A stretch of 64,000 nt of DNA, from the IMG/VR virus record IMGVR_UViG_3300032116_000004, positions 62,001-126,000 of that record, one strand, 5' to 3'. Below are positions 10,234-19,925 of the stretch, in pieces. Numbering within the stretch: position 1 is the stretch's first letter; the number at the start of each line of letters is the position of its first letter. Made by a program: the position numbers and the translations under genes. Below the pieces are notes generated by a model. The model was not told where the DNA came from, did not search any database, and was given only the letters and a program-made list of their open reading frames with translations.

Positions 10234-11429
10234 AAGAAGATACTTCATACGAACTTTGCAGTTTCTGCAACAAACACAAAGACGATGTTAAAAAACTCAT
10301 AGTGGCCAATGATGTGGCCATCTGCAACGATTGCGTGGATCTTTGCCAAAAACTCTTGCAAGAGGATCCGGTAACGAGAGAACACAATCACACAGACATT
10401 GATCCTCAAGAACTCAAACGTTATCTAGATCAGTATGTGATAGGGCAGGACCGTGCCAAGGTTGTCTTGGCAGTGGCCATCGCCAATCATTACAAACGCA
10501 TACAGAATCGCGATCCTGAAATAGAACTAGACAAGGCCAATATCCTGATGCTGGGCCCCACAGGATCGGGCAAGACCCTGCTGGCTCGCACCGTGGCACG
10601 TTATCTCGACGTGCCTTTTGCCATCGCAGATGCCACTAGCATAACCGAAGCCGGATATGTGGGCGATGATGTAGAAAGTCTCATACAGCGATTGCTCACT
10701 GCCGCTGGTGGCGATGTGGAAAAATGTCGTCGTGGTATAATATTTGTTGATGAAATTGACAAGATCGCTCGAAAAAGCGAATCAACATCTATCACCAGAG
10801 ATGTGAGTGGTGAAGGTGTGCAACAGGCCCTGTTGAAGCTGGTAGAAGGCACAGTATGCCGAGTTCCGGCTGGTGGCGGCCGCAAACACCCTGGTGGCGA
10901 AATGATCGAAATAGACACTGCCAATATACTGTTCATTGCCGGCGGCGCATTCGTGGGCCTAGACCAGATAGTGAAGAAACGACTGTTCGGGTCCTCCATG
11001 GGATTCAATGCTGAAGTCAAAGTATCAGGTGACGTGGATCTACAAAAGACCATGCCCGATGATCTGGTAAAATTTGGTCTGATACCTGAATTCGTCGGCC
11101 GTTTCCCTAGTTGGGTCAGCCTAGATGAACTGACCACGGATGATCTGGTGCATGTGCTCACAGATACCAAGAATTCATTGATACGTCAATATCAACACCT
11201 GTTTGCTTCAGACAGCATAGATCTTGATTTCGAGAACGAGGCCTTGACCACCATAGCACAGCGTTCTGCAGATTTCGGTACTGGTGCCCGCGCCTTGCAC
11301 AGCGAACTTGAGCGTGTGTTGATGCCACACATGTTCGCTATCAAACGCTATCGTGATCGGGGGATAAACCGCGTAGTTATTAACCGAGAGCAAATAAATA
11401 ACCCACAACCCGTTTACAAGGAGGAATAG
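10230..11429 (+). CDS. clpX: ClpX ATP-dependent protease ATPase subunit
   Basis: C4 zinc finger (CSFC..CNDC), GPTGSGKT, AGYVG, DEIDK, RDVSGEGVQQALLK, RKH, MGF loop, GAR. Confidence 0.97.
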   Translation: MKEDTSYELCSFCNKHKDDVKKLIVANDVAICNDCVDLCQKLLQEDPVTREHNHTDIDPQELKRYLDQYVIGQDRAKVVLAVAIANHYKRIQNRDPEIELDKANILMLGPTGSGKTLLARTVARYLDVPFAIADATSITEAGYVGDDVESLIQRLLTAAGGDVEKCRRGIIFVDEIDKIARKSESTSITRDVSGEGVQQALLKLVEGTVCRVPAGGGRKHPGGEMIEIDTANILFIAGGAFVGLDQIVKKRLFGSSMGFNAEVKVSGDVDLQKTMPDDLVKFGLIPEFVGRFPSWVSLDELTTDDLVHVLTDTKNSLIRQYQHLFASDSIDLDFENEALTTIAQRSADFGTGARALHSELERVLMPHMFAIKRYRDRGINRVVINREQINNPQPVYKEE

Positions 11430-11430
11430 T

Positions 11431-11643
11431 TTGGGTAAAACAGTGATCGTTCCGGATGGCAATGTAGAAAAGGCCCTGCGCCGATTCAAAAAAAAGATAC
11501 AGAATTCAGGTCTGTTGTTCGAACTCAAAGAACGTGAGACCTATGTCAAACCCACTACCCGCCGTAAACTCAAAGCCTCTGCCGCTAAAAAACGTTGGCA
11601 AAAATATCTACGTAGCCAGCAACTGCCTCCCAAAAAGTTCTAA
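11431..11643 (+). CDS. rpsU: Ribosomal protein bS21
   Basis: EKALRRFKKK..ELKERETYVKPTTRRK..AAKKR. Confidence 0.92.
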   Translation: MGKTVIVPDGNVEKALRRFKKKIQNSGLLFELKERETYVKPTTRRKLKASAAKKRWQKYLRSQQLPPKKF

Positions 11644-11894
11644 TGTATATCCGGTTCCGGTTGCCACAACACGGCGACTATCACCGCACCCTGGAATTCA
11701 TCAAACAGCAGGTGCAAAGTTGGGCTGAACAATATGGTGTGAGATACACGCAAAAAACCATAAAATACGAACATCGTGTGGCTTTTGATCACGACGAAAC
11801 CTATACCATGTGGGCCATGACATGGAACCCACCAGAACAGTTCCGGCGCTGGTTGGAATATGAATTGGTTAATGTGGCCGGCGAGCGATATTGA
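11643..11894 (+). CDS. Hypothetical protein
   Basis: Coupled to the rpsU stop. Confidence 0.6.
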   Translation: MYIRFRLPQHGDYHRTLEFIKQQVQSWAEQYGVRYTQKTIKYEHRVAFDHDETYTMWAMTWNPPEQFRRWLEYELVNVAGERY

Positions 11895-11921
11895 CAACTC
11901 TCAAAAAATCCTGTATAAATA
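11891..11921 (+). promoter_or_regulatory. Composite promoter for hsp20 (sigma70-like plus T4 late-type TATAAATA)
   Basis: TTGACA-17-TATAAA; TATAAATA at 11914-11921. Confidence 0.7.
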
Positions 11922-11925
11922 TATT

Positions 11926-11988
11926 TGTAGGTGCCGATGGTCGGGCCTACATAGTCAACTTGCTTAAAAAAGGAGAATGTTATGACTA
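11926..11988 (+). ncRNA. ROSE-like RNA thermometer in the hsp20 5' UTR
   Basis: Hairpin TGTAGG..CCTACA, then TAGTCA/TGACTA stem enclosing CTTGCTT opposite the AAGGAG SD and covering the start codon. Confidence 0.7.
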
Positions 11989-12419
11989 AAATCACATCTT
12001 TTGATCTCACCCCCTTCTATCGTAATACCATTGGCGTCGACCGCTTGTTCGACCGTATCATGGATCAGTTTGACCATGCCGCGCAAAGCCAGAACTACCC
12101 GCCTTACAACATCCTGAAAACAGGAGAAGACACCTATGAAATCCAGGTGGCAGTGGCTGGGTTTGCCGAAGGTGAAGTGAATGTAGATTTCCATGAAGGA
12201 CAGTTGGTGATCACCGGTGAAAAGAACACCGATGACTCAGAATTGAACTATCTACATCGCGGTATCTCGGCTCGCAAGTTCCTGCGCACATTCCAACTGG
12301 CTGATTATGTAGAGGTTCGCGATGCTGTGATGAAAGACGGCATCTTGAACGTGCATCTACAGCGCATCGTGCCCGAAGAAATGAAGCCAAAGCGTATTGC
12401 AATCTCATACGCAAAATAA
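11982..12419 (+). CDS. ibpA: Small heat shock protein Hsp20 (IbpA-like)
   Basis: IGVDRLF, NYPPYNI, AVAGF, YLHRGIS.RKF.R.F.LA, PEEMKPKRIAI. Confidence 0.95.
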   Translation: MTKITSFDLTPFYRNTIGVDRLFDRIMDQFDHAAQSQNYPPYNILKTGEDTYEIQVAVAGFAEGEVNVDFHEGQLVITGEKNTDDSELNYLHRGISARKFLRTFQLADYVEVRDAVMKDGILNVHLQRIVPEEMKPKRIAISYAK

Positions 12420-12478
12420 TATAATAGCGTAAATACAGTGGAGGGCACCCGCCCTCTACTGAGGACAAAGGGAACGAC

Positions 12479-12799
12479 ATGTCAGAAACTGCTACACAAC
12501 CCAAAACTAAAACAACCGTCAGGCCCAGAGAGGTGCTCAAAGAACCTCCCATGTTCAAAGTTATCTACATCAATGACAATAAAACTGCCATGGAATTCGT
12601 GATTGAAAGCCTGGTAGAACATTTTGATTACAGCCCCTCAACAGCAGAAAAAATCACTTTCGACATCCATGAAGCAGGATCTGCAGTGGTGGCCGTGTTG
12701 CCCTATGAGATAGCCGAACAAAAAGGCATCGAAGTCACTGTGATGGCACGTGGTGCCGGGTATCCTTTACAGGTCAAACTAGAGCCAGATTCGGCCTAG
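12479..12799 (+). CDS. clpS: ClpS N-degron adaptor
   Basis: PPMFKVIYINDNKT.MEFV, IH..GSAVV, EIAEQK, YPLQVKLE. Confidence 0.92.
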   Translation: MSETATQPKTKTTVRPREVLKEPPMFKVIYINDNKTAMEFVIESLVEHFDYSPSTAEKITFDIHEAGSAVVAVLPYEIAEQKGIEVTVMARGAGYPLQVKLEPDSA

Positions 12800-13587
12800 A
12801 GACTTATTTCAATCCTACGAGGGTAATACACAGGCTTGCACCAAGGTGTGTTGCCTCTTCCTCTACAGTTGTTGACATATCTGATGCCTTGTATGGTGGT
12901 ATCAACATCGCCGTGGTAGTGTCCAAAACACCAAGTAGAGATCTTGCTCTCGGTGTCCTCGCCCAATACCTGCGTCATATAACTGTTGCCTGAACAGTTG
13001 ATCCTATAGCTGTCGGCTATCTCGATGTCATGATGTATGAGATCCAAACGCGGTGGAGTATGGGTGATCAACACTATTTTTTTCACGTCTTGATGCGTCT
13101 GCAATCTACGCACTGATCTGGCCAGATAAGCGAAATCCTGCATGCTCATGGATTCTATGGCATCCGAAACTGTCCTATCAACTTGGTATCTGTCTTGGAA
13201 CCACAACCGCGTCTGATCATAGTCCACTCCAGGTTCAAAATCGAAACTCCACCAACCATTGGTACCCAGGAATGCTACACCATCAACGATGACTACATTG
13301 TCTTGGAGATAGGTAACATTGGGTATGTCGCTTATTTCTTCCACTAGACTGCGATAACTGTCCCCAAGATCGTTCAAGGTCCATCGATGCTCGTCGTTGC
13401 CATCTATGAACATCACTGCACGATATCGTTGGCTGAGTTTTTCCAAAGCATCTTTGACCAAGGCACGGTCTCGAGACACATCTCCGGCCACCACACAAAG
13501 AGTAGCAGTGGCCTGTCCTTCCCAATCAAATGGTTGATCCCAAGTTTCCACATGGAGGTCTGAAATTAAATCAAATGCTATTGGCAT
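12796..13587 (-). CDS. Calcineurin-like metallophosphoesterase
   Basis: SDLH, AGD, GNDEH, THT, FGHYH, NCRG. Confidence 0.88.
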   Translation of the reverse strand: MPIAFDLISDLHVETWDQPFDWEGQATATLCVVAGDVSRDRALVKDALEKLSQRYRAVMFIDGNDEHRWTLNDLGDSYRSLVEEISDIPNVTYLQDNVVIVDGVAFLGTNGWWSFDFEPGVDYDQTRLWFQDRYQVDRTVSDAIESMSMQDFAYLARSVRRLQTHQDVKKIVLITHTPPRLDLIHHDIEIADSYRINCSGNSYMTQVLGEDTESKISTWCFGHYHGDVDTTIQGIRYVNNCRGRGNTPWCKPVYYPRRIEISL

Positions 13588-13611
13588 GATACATATTTAA
13601 AAGGATTTTTT

Positions 13612-13986
13612 ATGCACATAATATTTGGCAAAGAAACAGCAGAGGGGTTGAAGGACAAATACACGGTGTTGGAACTGGATCAGATACAGATACAATCCAA
13701 TGGTCCGATTTTGGACAGTTTCTGTGTGTTGGACACTGATGCAGTGAGATTGGAAGAAATAGGTACCATGCCTAATATCATCAATCTCCATGCCAAACTC
13801 ATGGAAAACTATCGCAAGCGGAATTGGGGTTTCTGCGAACAGGCCATAGAACACCTACACGGACGCTGGGGCGGCACGCTGAACAGCTTCTATGATGAAA
13901 TTTCTCAGAGAATCGCTAAGTATAAACACAAGGACCCAGGTCCGGATTGGAACGGCGTATATGAAAAATTTAGTAGCGACCGTTAG
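13612..13986 (+). CDS. Hypothetical protein resembling the C-terminal helical domain of class III adenylate cyclases
   Basis: LELDQI..Y...W..C..AI..L.G...FY...RI...PDWNGV pattern; no catalytic domain. Confidence 0.5.
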   Translation: MHIIFGKETAEGLKDKYTVLELDQIQIQSNGPILDSFCVLDTDAVRLEEIGTMPNIINLHAKLMENYRKRNWGFCEQAIEHLHGRWGGTLNSFYDEISQRIAKYKHKDPGPDWNGVYEKFSSDR

Positions 13987-14353
13987 TGTCGCTTTTTTAC
14001 TGTCGGCTTGTGCTTTATTCCCTAGTTATTTTGACTATAATGAGCAAGCCCGTTTGGTAGACATCATCGAACTGACCAAGACAGATGCAGTATGTGCCAC
14101 TGAAGAAATCAGAACAGTGAGCAGAGATATACGCCACAAAGTAGATTGGCTGACCACATACAGTGCCAGCTTGCCTGACAATTCCAAGATACAAGAGATG
14201 AATCGTAATCTCAGTGAAATAGTGGGAGATTTTGATCAACGCTATCGTGGAGACCGACCACCTAGTAAATTTTTCTGTAGTGCCAAAATTAAAAACATAA
14301 ACGAAGCCGCTCGCAAGATGTTGTCAGTGAGTGGAAGGAGACCTCGAGCATGA
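13961..14353 (+). CDS. Lipoprotein
   Basis: Signal peptide with LSAC lipobox. Confidence 0.7.
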   Translation: MKNLVATVSVAFLLSACALFPSYFDYNEQARLVDIIELTKTDAVCATEEIRTVSRDIRHKVDWLTTYSASLPDNSKIQEMNRNLSEIVGDFDQRYRGDRPPSKFFCSAKIKNINEAARKMLSVSGRRPRA

Positions 14354-14592
14354 ACATTCAACAAGTGGTAGAAAATTTCTGCAGACAAAACAATGCCTTG
14401 GGATATCGAGTGCAAAAAGCCTTGGAATATCGTGATGCATTGTCGCGAGGTGATGTCAACTCAGCAGAATTCCAGGAACTCATGGAAGATCTGCAACGCC
14501 TTGACAACATCCAACTGTCAGCAGATGAACTGGATCAACAGATACTGTTCAACGACTGCATCAATCTGCTAAAAAATATACCAATCTCTTAG
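14350..14592 (+). CDS. Hypothetical protein
   Basis: Coupled ORF. Confidence 0.6.
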   Translation: MNIQQVVENFCRQNNALGYRVQKALEYRDALSRGDVNSAEFQELMEDLQRLDNIQLSADELDQQILFNDCINLLKNIPIS

Positions 14593-14667
14593 TAACAAAT
14601 AAAACTACCGCTTATTTTTTGTCTTGGCTCCGTTAAATATTATGTCGCCTAAGGAGCTAGACAAAAG

Positions 14668-15285
14668 ATGTTTTATAACTATAAAAAACTCTGGGCGGGC
14701 GTAGTTTTATCACTATCTATGACCGCAGTAGTTGCACAGACCGATCCAATCATCACAGATTCCACCAGCAGGTCTACGTCGACTACCAATTCCAGTTCTA
14801 CAACCACTATCAAAAGTCCGCCACCAACGGCAGTGGCACCCGCTGTGACCACCATCAACAATGATGTGTGTGCCGTGGCCGCGTCAGGTGCTGTGCAGAC
14901 TCAGATCCTGGGTATCTCCATGGGGGGAACCATGCGTGACATGAACTGCGAACGCATCAAACTGTCAAAGAATTTATATGACATGGGCATGAAGGTCGCC
15001 GCAGTGGCCACGCTGTGTCAAGATGAACGTATATTTACTGCCATGATGGCCGCTGGCACACCCTGCCCAGTAGAAGGTAAAATTGGCGCCGATGCTCGTG
15101 CTGAGTGGGAACGTAGAGGTGTGCTAGATTCTACCAAGAAAGAAAACGTGGGGCATTATGCTACCAAGCCGCCCGTGATTGACTTGAGCAAGCCCGCAGA
15201 AAAATCTCCACGCCGAGACGATTTTGCCTGTAAAGATTACGCCGGTAACGACCCTACAATCAAAGAAAGAATGGGTTGCAAATAA
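14668..15285 (+). CDS. Exported Cys-containing conserved phage protein
   Basis: Signal peptide; SPPPTAVAP, SGAVQTQILG, NCERIKL, AGTPCP; AGGAG RBS; TAAATA upstream. Confidence 0.75.
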   Translation: MFYNYKKLWAGVVLSLSMTAVVAQTDPIITDSTSRSTSTTNSSSTTTIKSPPPTAVAPAVTTINNDVCAVAASGAVQTQILGISMGGTMRDMNCERIKLSKNLYDMGMKVAAVATLCQDERIFTAMMAAGTPCPVEGKIGADARAEWERRGVLDSTKKENVGHYATKPPVIDLSKPAEKSPRRDDFACKDYAGNDPTIKERMGCK

Positions 15286-16827
15286 ATGAACATCTGGTTG
15301 CGGTTCTGGATCTTCTGGTCAGTGGCCACGTTTGCGCTATGGTTGCACCAGCCGGCACGGGCACAAACAGCTACATCTAATCTGATCAATCCTGCGGGCA
15401 CAGCCTGGGGTATACCTAGTGCCCAGGTCCTGAACACAGCAGGTATCACTGCTGTGGAAGGTGGTGGTGTGTATGTGCCAGGCAGTCCTTACTACAACAG
15501 TGACACCAACACCATTAGATTCAGTTATATCATGGGCACAGTGGCACAGAGCATTGCCATCAACTCGGCTTTGGCCGGCACCGGCATCAAATGGGTGGGC
15601 TATGACTATTCTTGGGAGATACAAAATTCTCCGGGACAGTATGGAGGGACTCTGTTCAGCACTATCTCGCTAAATGGCAACAATGGTAAGGCCTTGGAAT
15701 CATATACTTACAACTATCCGCAAGGTATCACACCAGCATCCTCATGGTTGCTGGATTCAGGACGCAAATTGTTTTCTCAGAGCGGCGGCTATACTACCGG
15801 ACAGGTAACCAGTCTCGACGTTACCTGGACTGGCAAGGACAGTCTTTTCTGGATGGGTCTTTATGGTCCGCGTGTGCGCAACACTGATGTGAGACTGTTG
15901 TATGATGCGGACCAGTGTGCGATCAATCCCATCAGTGATCCCACTTGCCCTGGCTACCAGACTGCGATGTGTAGCGCCAATCCTCTTTTCAGTGCTTCTT
16001 GTCCGGGATATGCCCAGGCATTTCTCACACAACAATGTAGCATCTCTGCCTTGTATGATCCTTCATGTCCGGGCTATCAACAGGCCTATTTTACGCAACA
16101 ATGCACGGCCAATCCCTTGTATGATCGTTCCTGTCCTGGTTACAACACAGCCTACGTCACGCAACAAAACACACAGGCCGCATCAACGACCACGACAACC
16201 ACATCTACGACCACCAGCTCGGTATCATTGACTGGAACTGTATCTACCACAGAACCTACCTTGACCATAGCCACTGACGGCTCGGTATCTACCGGCGTGG
16301 CAGTTGTACCTGACAGCCAAGTCAACACTGTGGTTACCAAGAAAGTTGAAACCACTGCCAGCCCTACTGGCACATTGAGCATACAGATCCAGACCAAACC
16401 CTCTGCCGAGTCAGAACAGCAGAAAAAAGGTCGAGAAGCCACTGCGGCCGAGCGTGAACTCGCACTGAAAGAAGAAAAGAAACGCGAAGAAGAATCTAGC
16501 GACCGACGCAAACAATTGGCCGAACGCCAGCGTCGTGCTGCCATGGAAAATGCTGTGGCACGTGGTCGCGAAGCCATACGTGAAGCCGATTCGGCCAAGA
16601 CCTTGGATGAGCAGATGGCCAATCAATCTTATGTAGTGGCCACCATGAGTTTTGTGCCGGGCTTTGAAGCCTATGGTCAGGCTCGCCTACCAGATGCACA
16701 ATTTTACGCACCTAGAGAAATCTATCGTGGACAACAGAACGTGGATAACCGCAGATTGTTGCAGGGACTCACTGGTGCTTCGGACCGACGCCATGCAGAC
16801 ATGGTCGACAGACAGTATGCGAGATGA
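15286..16827 (+). CDS. Exported protein with Cys-rich tandem repeats and Thr/Ser linker
   Basis: Signal peptide; four C-x9-CPGY units; poly-Thr; charged coiled coil. Confidence 0.75.
   Translation: MNIWLRFWIFWSVATFALWLHQPARAQTATSNLINPAGTAWGIPSAQVLNTAGITAVEGGGVYVPGSPYYNSDTNTIRFSYIMGTVAQSIAINSALAGTGIKWVGYDYSWEIQNSPGQYGGTLFSTISLNGNNGKALESYTYNYPQGITPASSWLLDSGRKLFSQSGGYTTGQVTSLDVTWTGKDSLFWMGLYGPRVRNTDVRLLYDADQCAINPISDPTCPGYQTAMCSANPLFSASCPGYAQAFLTQQCSISALYDPSCPGYQQAYFTQQCTANPLYDRSCPGYNTAYVTQQNTQAASTTTTTTSTTTSSVSLTGTVSTTEPTLTIATDGSVSTGVAVVPDSQVNTVVTKKVETTASPTGTLSIQIQTKPSAESEQQKKGREATAAERELALKEEKKREEESSDRRKQLAERQRRAAMENAVARGREAIREADSAKTLDEQMANQSYVVATMSFVPGFEAYGQARLPDAQFYAPREIYRGQQNVDNRRLLQGLTGASDRRHADMVDRQYAR
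15910..16155 (+). repeat. Intragenic Cys-rich repeat (four units, e.g. CSANPLFSASCPGY)
   Basis: Visible in translation. Confidence 0.85.
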
Positions 16828-17267
16828 TCATGGAGATACCCAAAGATTTATCCGGTGGCCTGAATGCCTTGAAACAGGCCAAGAAACTGGGAGATGACAC
16901 CAGTAAATTTGTTGGCGAAATACAAGGCGACATGGAGAAAACTGTTCAGAATGAACAGAAAAAGCGAGTCCAGGAACGGCGCCAACAAGAACAACTCTTG
17001 ATCAATGCAGAACTCACAGCCATACGTAAATTTGAAGAAGAACTACAACGAGAAGAGTTAGTAAAAAAATTAAAAACAGATTTGACTGCGAAGCATGGCA
17101 AGGATGCTTGGAATCAAGTGCAGAAGATCAAGACGGAGATACAGACGCAGAATGCACAAGACATGAAGTTTATTGACAGAGATCGCCATCGGGTGCAGGA
17201 TCTGTTCTGGTACTGCGTGGGCGTGGCTGCTTTGCTCACATATTTTTTCAAACTATATAAGGTATGA
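16824..17267 (+). CDS. Coiled-coil protein with C-terminal TM anchor
   Basis: Charged helix plus hydrophobic tail. Confidence 0.65.
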   Translation: MIMEIPKDLSGGLNALKQAKKLGDDTSKFVGEIQGDMEKTVQNEQKKRVQERRQQEQLLINAELTAIRKFEEELQREELVKKLKTDLTAKHGKDAWNQVQKIKTEIQTQNAQDMKFIDRDRHRVQDLFWYCVGVAALLTYFFKLYKV

Positions 17268-17447
17268 TCGTGGCCAAATTATTTGCCGTGGTAGCAGTGC
17301 TAGTGGGTTTGTTGGGCATCTGGTTGGAGCATCAGAGCATAGCAATAAAACAAGGCACGATACAGAATAGATCTCAATGAACAGAGGTCTGATCAAGTCG
17401 CTAAAAAATTACAACGCCAACGAGGCGTGCAATAAAAGGAGAAGGAA

Positions 17448-17927
17448 ATGGGAGAAGAAATCAAAGACGTAAACAAAAAGATCGATGACATGGATGCGGC
17501 GGTGAAAAAATACGCCAGCAAAGACACAGTGATCTCCATTGGAGGTTATGAGTTTACGCCAGCTAAACTCATGGTGGCTGCCACCATAGTATCGTCTGTG
17601 TTGGGCGGATTGTATGGAGCTTTTGAAGTATACAAAGACTACCAGAGCATGAAGAAAAAGATCGCTGAGTATGTCACGCCAGATCTAACAGAAATTTACA
17701 AGAAACTGGAACTGGTGCAACAGAGTTCAGAAAAAGGCACACAGTATACGCAAGACATCAAGAACGATCTCAAGCAAGATATCCGCAGGCTAGAAAATGT
17801 GGTAGAACAAGTAGAGCGCAGTAGCAAACAAAGCCAGCGCGAAACTGAAAAAGATGTGCGCGAACTGCGACGAGAAGTAGACGACAAGATCAAAAAAGCC
17901 CTAGATAATCCCTTGGCAGGCAAATAA
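17448..17927 (+). CDS. Membrane-anchored coiled-coil protein
   Basis: One TM helix then coiled coil; AGGAG RBS. Confidence 0.7.
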   Translation: MGEEIKDVNKKIDDMDAAVKKYASKDTVISIGGYEFTPAKLMVAATIVSSVLGGLYGAFEVYKDYQSMKKKIAEYVTPDLTEIYKKLELVQQSSEKGTQYTQDIKNDLKQDIRRLENVVEQVERSSKQSQRETEKDVRELRREVDDKIKKALDNPLAGK

Positions 17928-17934
17928 GCGCTCG

Positions 17935-17955
17935 ACCCGCTTCGGCGGGTTTTTT
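17935..17955 (+). terminator. Intrinsic terminator
   Basis: ACCCGC-TTCG-GCGGGT plus T run. Confidence 0.9.
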
Positions 17956-17989
17956 GTTAAATACAGCAAACAATAAACTAGGAGCTCGA

Positions 17990-18259
17990 ATGAACGATCG
18001 TAAACTGTTCAAATGGTTGGCCTTGCTGATTTTCATGCCCTTGATGCTGGCCATATTTGGCGGTGATAGATTCCGCTATCCCTGCCAAGATCCTGCCAAC
18101 TGGGACAAAGACATGTGTAAGTTACCCGCTTGTGATGTCACAAGGACCTGCCCAGATCACATATTCAAAGGTGGCCGCGATCCACGTCTAGGCCCGCCCA
18201 GTGCTGGAACTACGACTGCATCGGCACCCCAAACAACTCTAGGAGCGAATTGCAAATGA
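17990..18259 (+). CDS. Small membrane-anchored Cys-rich protein
   Basis: FRYPCQDP.NW...CK...C...TCP; TAAATA at 17958-17963. Confidence 0.7.
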   Translation: MNDRKLFKWLALLIFMPLMLAIFGGDRFRYPCQDPANWDKDMCKLPACDVTRTCPDHIFKGGRDPRLGPPSAGTTTASAPQTTLGANCK

Positions 18260-18792
18260 TTTTTAAATTTTTCAAAGAAAAAGATCAAGAAGATCCATTT
18301 ATCTACACCGAAGATCAGCTCATGGCCCGCCTGCGTTTTTTCATAGGTGTTTGCTTGGCGCTGACACTGACAGGCATAGTGTTTGTGGTGCTGTATTCAA
18401 TCATATTCGTCACCCAGCCACTCAACGCTATGAGCCCCATAGATCAGAAGTTTTTTGAACTGATCATACCCATTGCTACGTTCCTTACCGGTACGCTGTC
18501 GGGCATCATGTTGGCCGGCAAAGACGATAAAGAAGCCAAGATGAAAGCCCTGGAAGCGGCCACGAGATCTACTCCTGTGAGTGGTAATCCCAGCAACAGC
18601 GGCACCAGTGGCATGGGAGGCCTGAGTGCATCTGCCAGTTTTGGCGGAGCATCAATGAGTTTTAACAAGCCCATGGGCGGATTCGGCGCACCCGGTGCCG
18701 CACCTACAGCACCCAGTTTTGGAGCACCTGCACCATTTGTAGCATCCTCGGGCAAGATGGGACCAGCACAGGATCCACACCCTGAGATCTGA
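18256..18792 (+). CDS. Two-TM membrane protein with low-complexity tail
   Basis: Two hydrophobic helices, Gly/Pro/Ala tail. Confidence 0.7.
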   Translation: MIFKFFKEKDQEDPFIYTEDQLMARLRFFIGVCLALTLTGIVFVVLYSIIFVTQPLNAMSPIDQKFFELIIPIATFLTGTLSGIMLAGKDDKEAKMKALEAATRSTPVSGNPSNSGTSGMGGLSASASFGGASMSFNKPMGGFGAPGAAPTAPSFGAPAPFVASSGKMGPAQDPHPEI

Positions 18793-18822
18793 TGAGCTGG
18801 TTCAAACACAGCCCTCACAGAT

Positions 18823-19143
18823 ATGAAAAAAATCATCGCCCTCATCCTCGCCATCCTACCGATCTCAGCGATGGCGAGCGAGTGGACCGAGCGGGACAAA
18901 CCAGTGACCTGCGGCCCATTCCGGGAGATAGTGGAAACTTTGATGAAAGACAAGTATCGAGAGTTTCCACTGTGGATCGGAAAAAGTAGTCAAGACACCA
19001 GCCAATTCAGTCTTTTTCTCAATGAAACCACCGGAGCCTGGACTCTGGTGCAGTATGGTCGCGTCACCGGTTGTATCTTGGGCGTGGGTGAATCCTCTGA
19101 CATCGTAAATGGGAATTTTCTTCCAAAATCTCAGCGATTTTGA
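18823..19143 (+). CDS. Exported hypothetical protein
   Basis: Signal peptide; KPVTC..TGAWTLV..CILG.G. Confidence 0.7.
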   Translation: MKKIIALILAILPISAMASEWTERDKPVTCGPFREIVETLMKDKYREFPLWIGKSSQDTSQFSLFLNETTGAWTLVQYGRVTGCILGVGESSDIVNGNFLPKSQRF

Positions 19144-19319
19144 TTCTGAAGAAACTTTTTTTGACAACCACCAAAAAATACCATAAAATAAACCTTGTAT
19201 GAGACAAATTCAGGGCCGGTTGGTTAAATATAGCCCATTTTGTAATATACGCCGATATCTGTGGTAATATTGGATTTACATATTACTACGGTTCGAAACC
19301 TGTAAACAAGGAGGAAGTT

Positions 19320-19925
19320 ATGACAGAGACAACATCAAAGTCAAGAACGCACCAAGTTGACATGGCCAAACTTTTTGTAAGTCTGCCCCGTGTGATCGGC
19401 CTAATGATCGTAGCATCGATCTTGATCACAGTCACCAATTTGCGTCTGGATGCTCTTGCATCTGACAACGAAGCGGCCTCATGGCGCCAAGGCTTCGTGT
19501 CCACAGCGGATCGCTCCAAGCAACTAGAATGCTTGGCCCGCAATATCTATTGGGAAGCCGCCTCTGAGCCTTTTGAAGGCAAAGTGGGTGTGGCCCAAGT
19601 CACTATCAATCGCGTAGAAGACGGTCGTTTTGGCAAGGACGTCTGTGGAGTGGTTTATCAAAAGAACGTGGTATACGAAAAGGTCGTATGCCAATTCTCT
19701 TGGTACTGTGAACCACATCACAAGGTCCGACCCATACACCCTGCACTATGGGATGAGAGCATGGAAGTGGCCAAGAAGGTCCTATTAGAGGGATTCCGAC
19801 TGCCCAGCCTCAAGGAGGCCCTGTATTTCCATGCTGACTATGTAAATCCGGGTTGGCCCAACATGCAATACGTGGGCAAGTTTGGAGCACACAGATTCTA
19901 CAAGAAGAAGGAGAAGGGCGCATGA
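19320..19925 (+). CDS. SleB/Hydrolase_2 family cell wall hydrolase
   Basis: CLARNIYWEA..E...GK..VAQVT.NRV, CQFSWYC, YFHADYV.P.W, H.FY. Confidence 0.92.
   Translation: MTETTSKSRTHQVDMAKLFVSLPRVIGLMIVASILITVTNLRLDALASDNEAASWRQGFVSTADRSKQLECLARNIYWEAASEPFEGKVGVAQVTINRVEDGRFGKDVCGVVYQKNVVYEKVVCQFSWYCEPHHKVRPIHPALWDESMEVAKKVLLEGFRLPSLKEALYFHADYVNPGWPNMQYVGKFGAHRFYKKKEKGA

Noticed and set aside
13612-13986. Functional adenylate cyclase
   Set aside because: Only a resemblance to the C-terminal accessory region; no catalytic motifs.
19285-19305. GGTTCGAAACC as a tRNA T-arm
   Set aside because: No acceptor, D or anticodon arms could be built around it.
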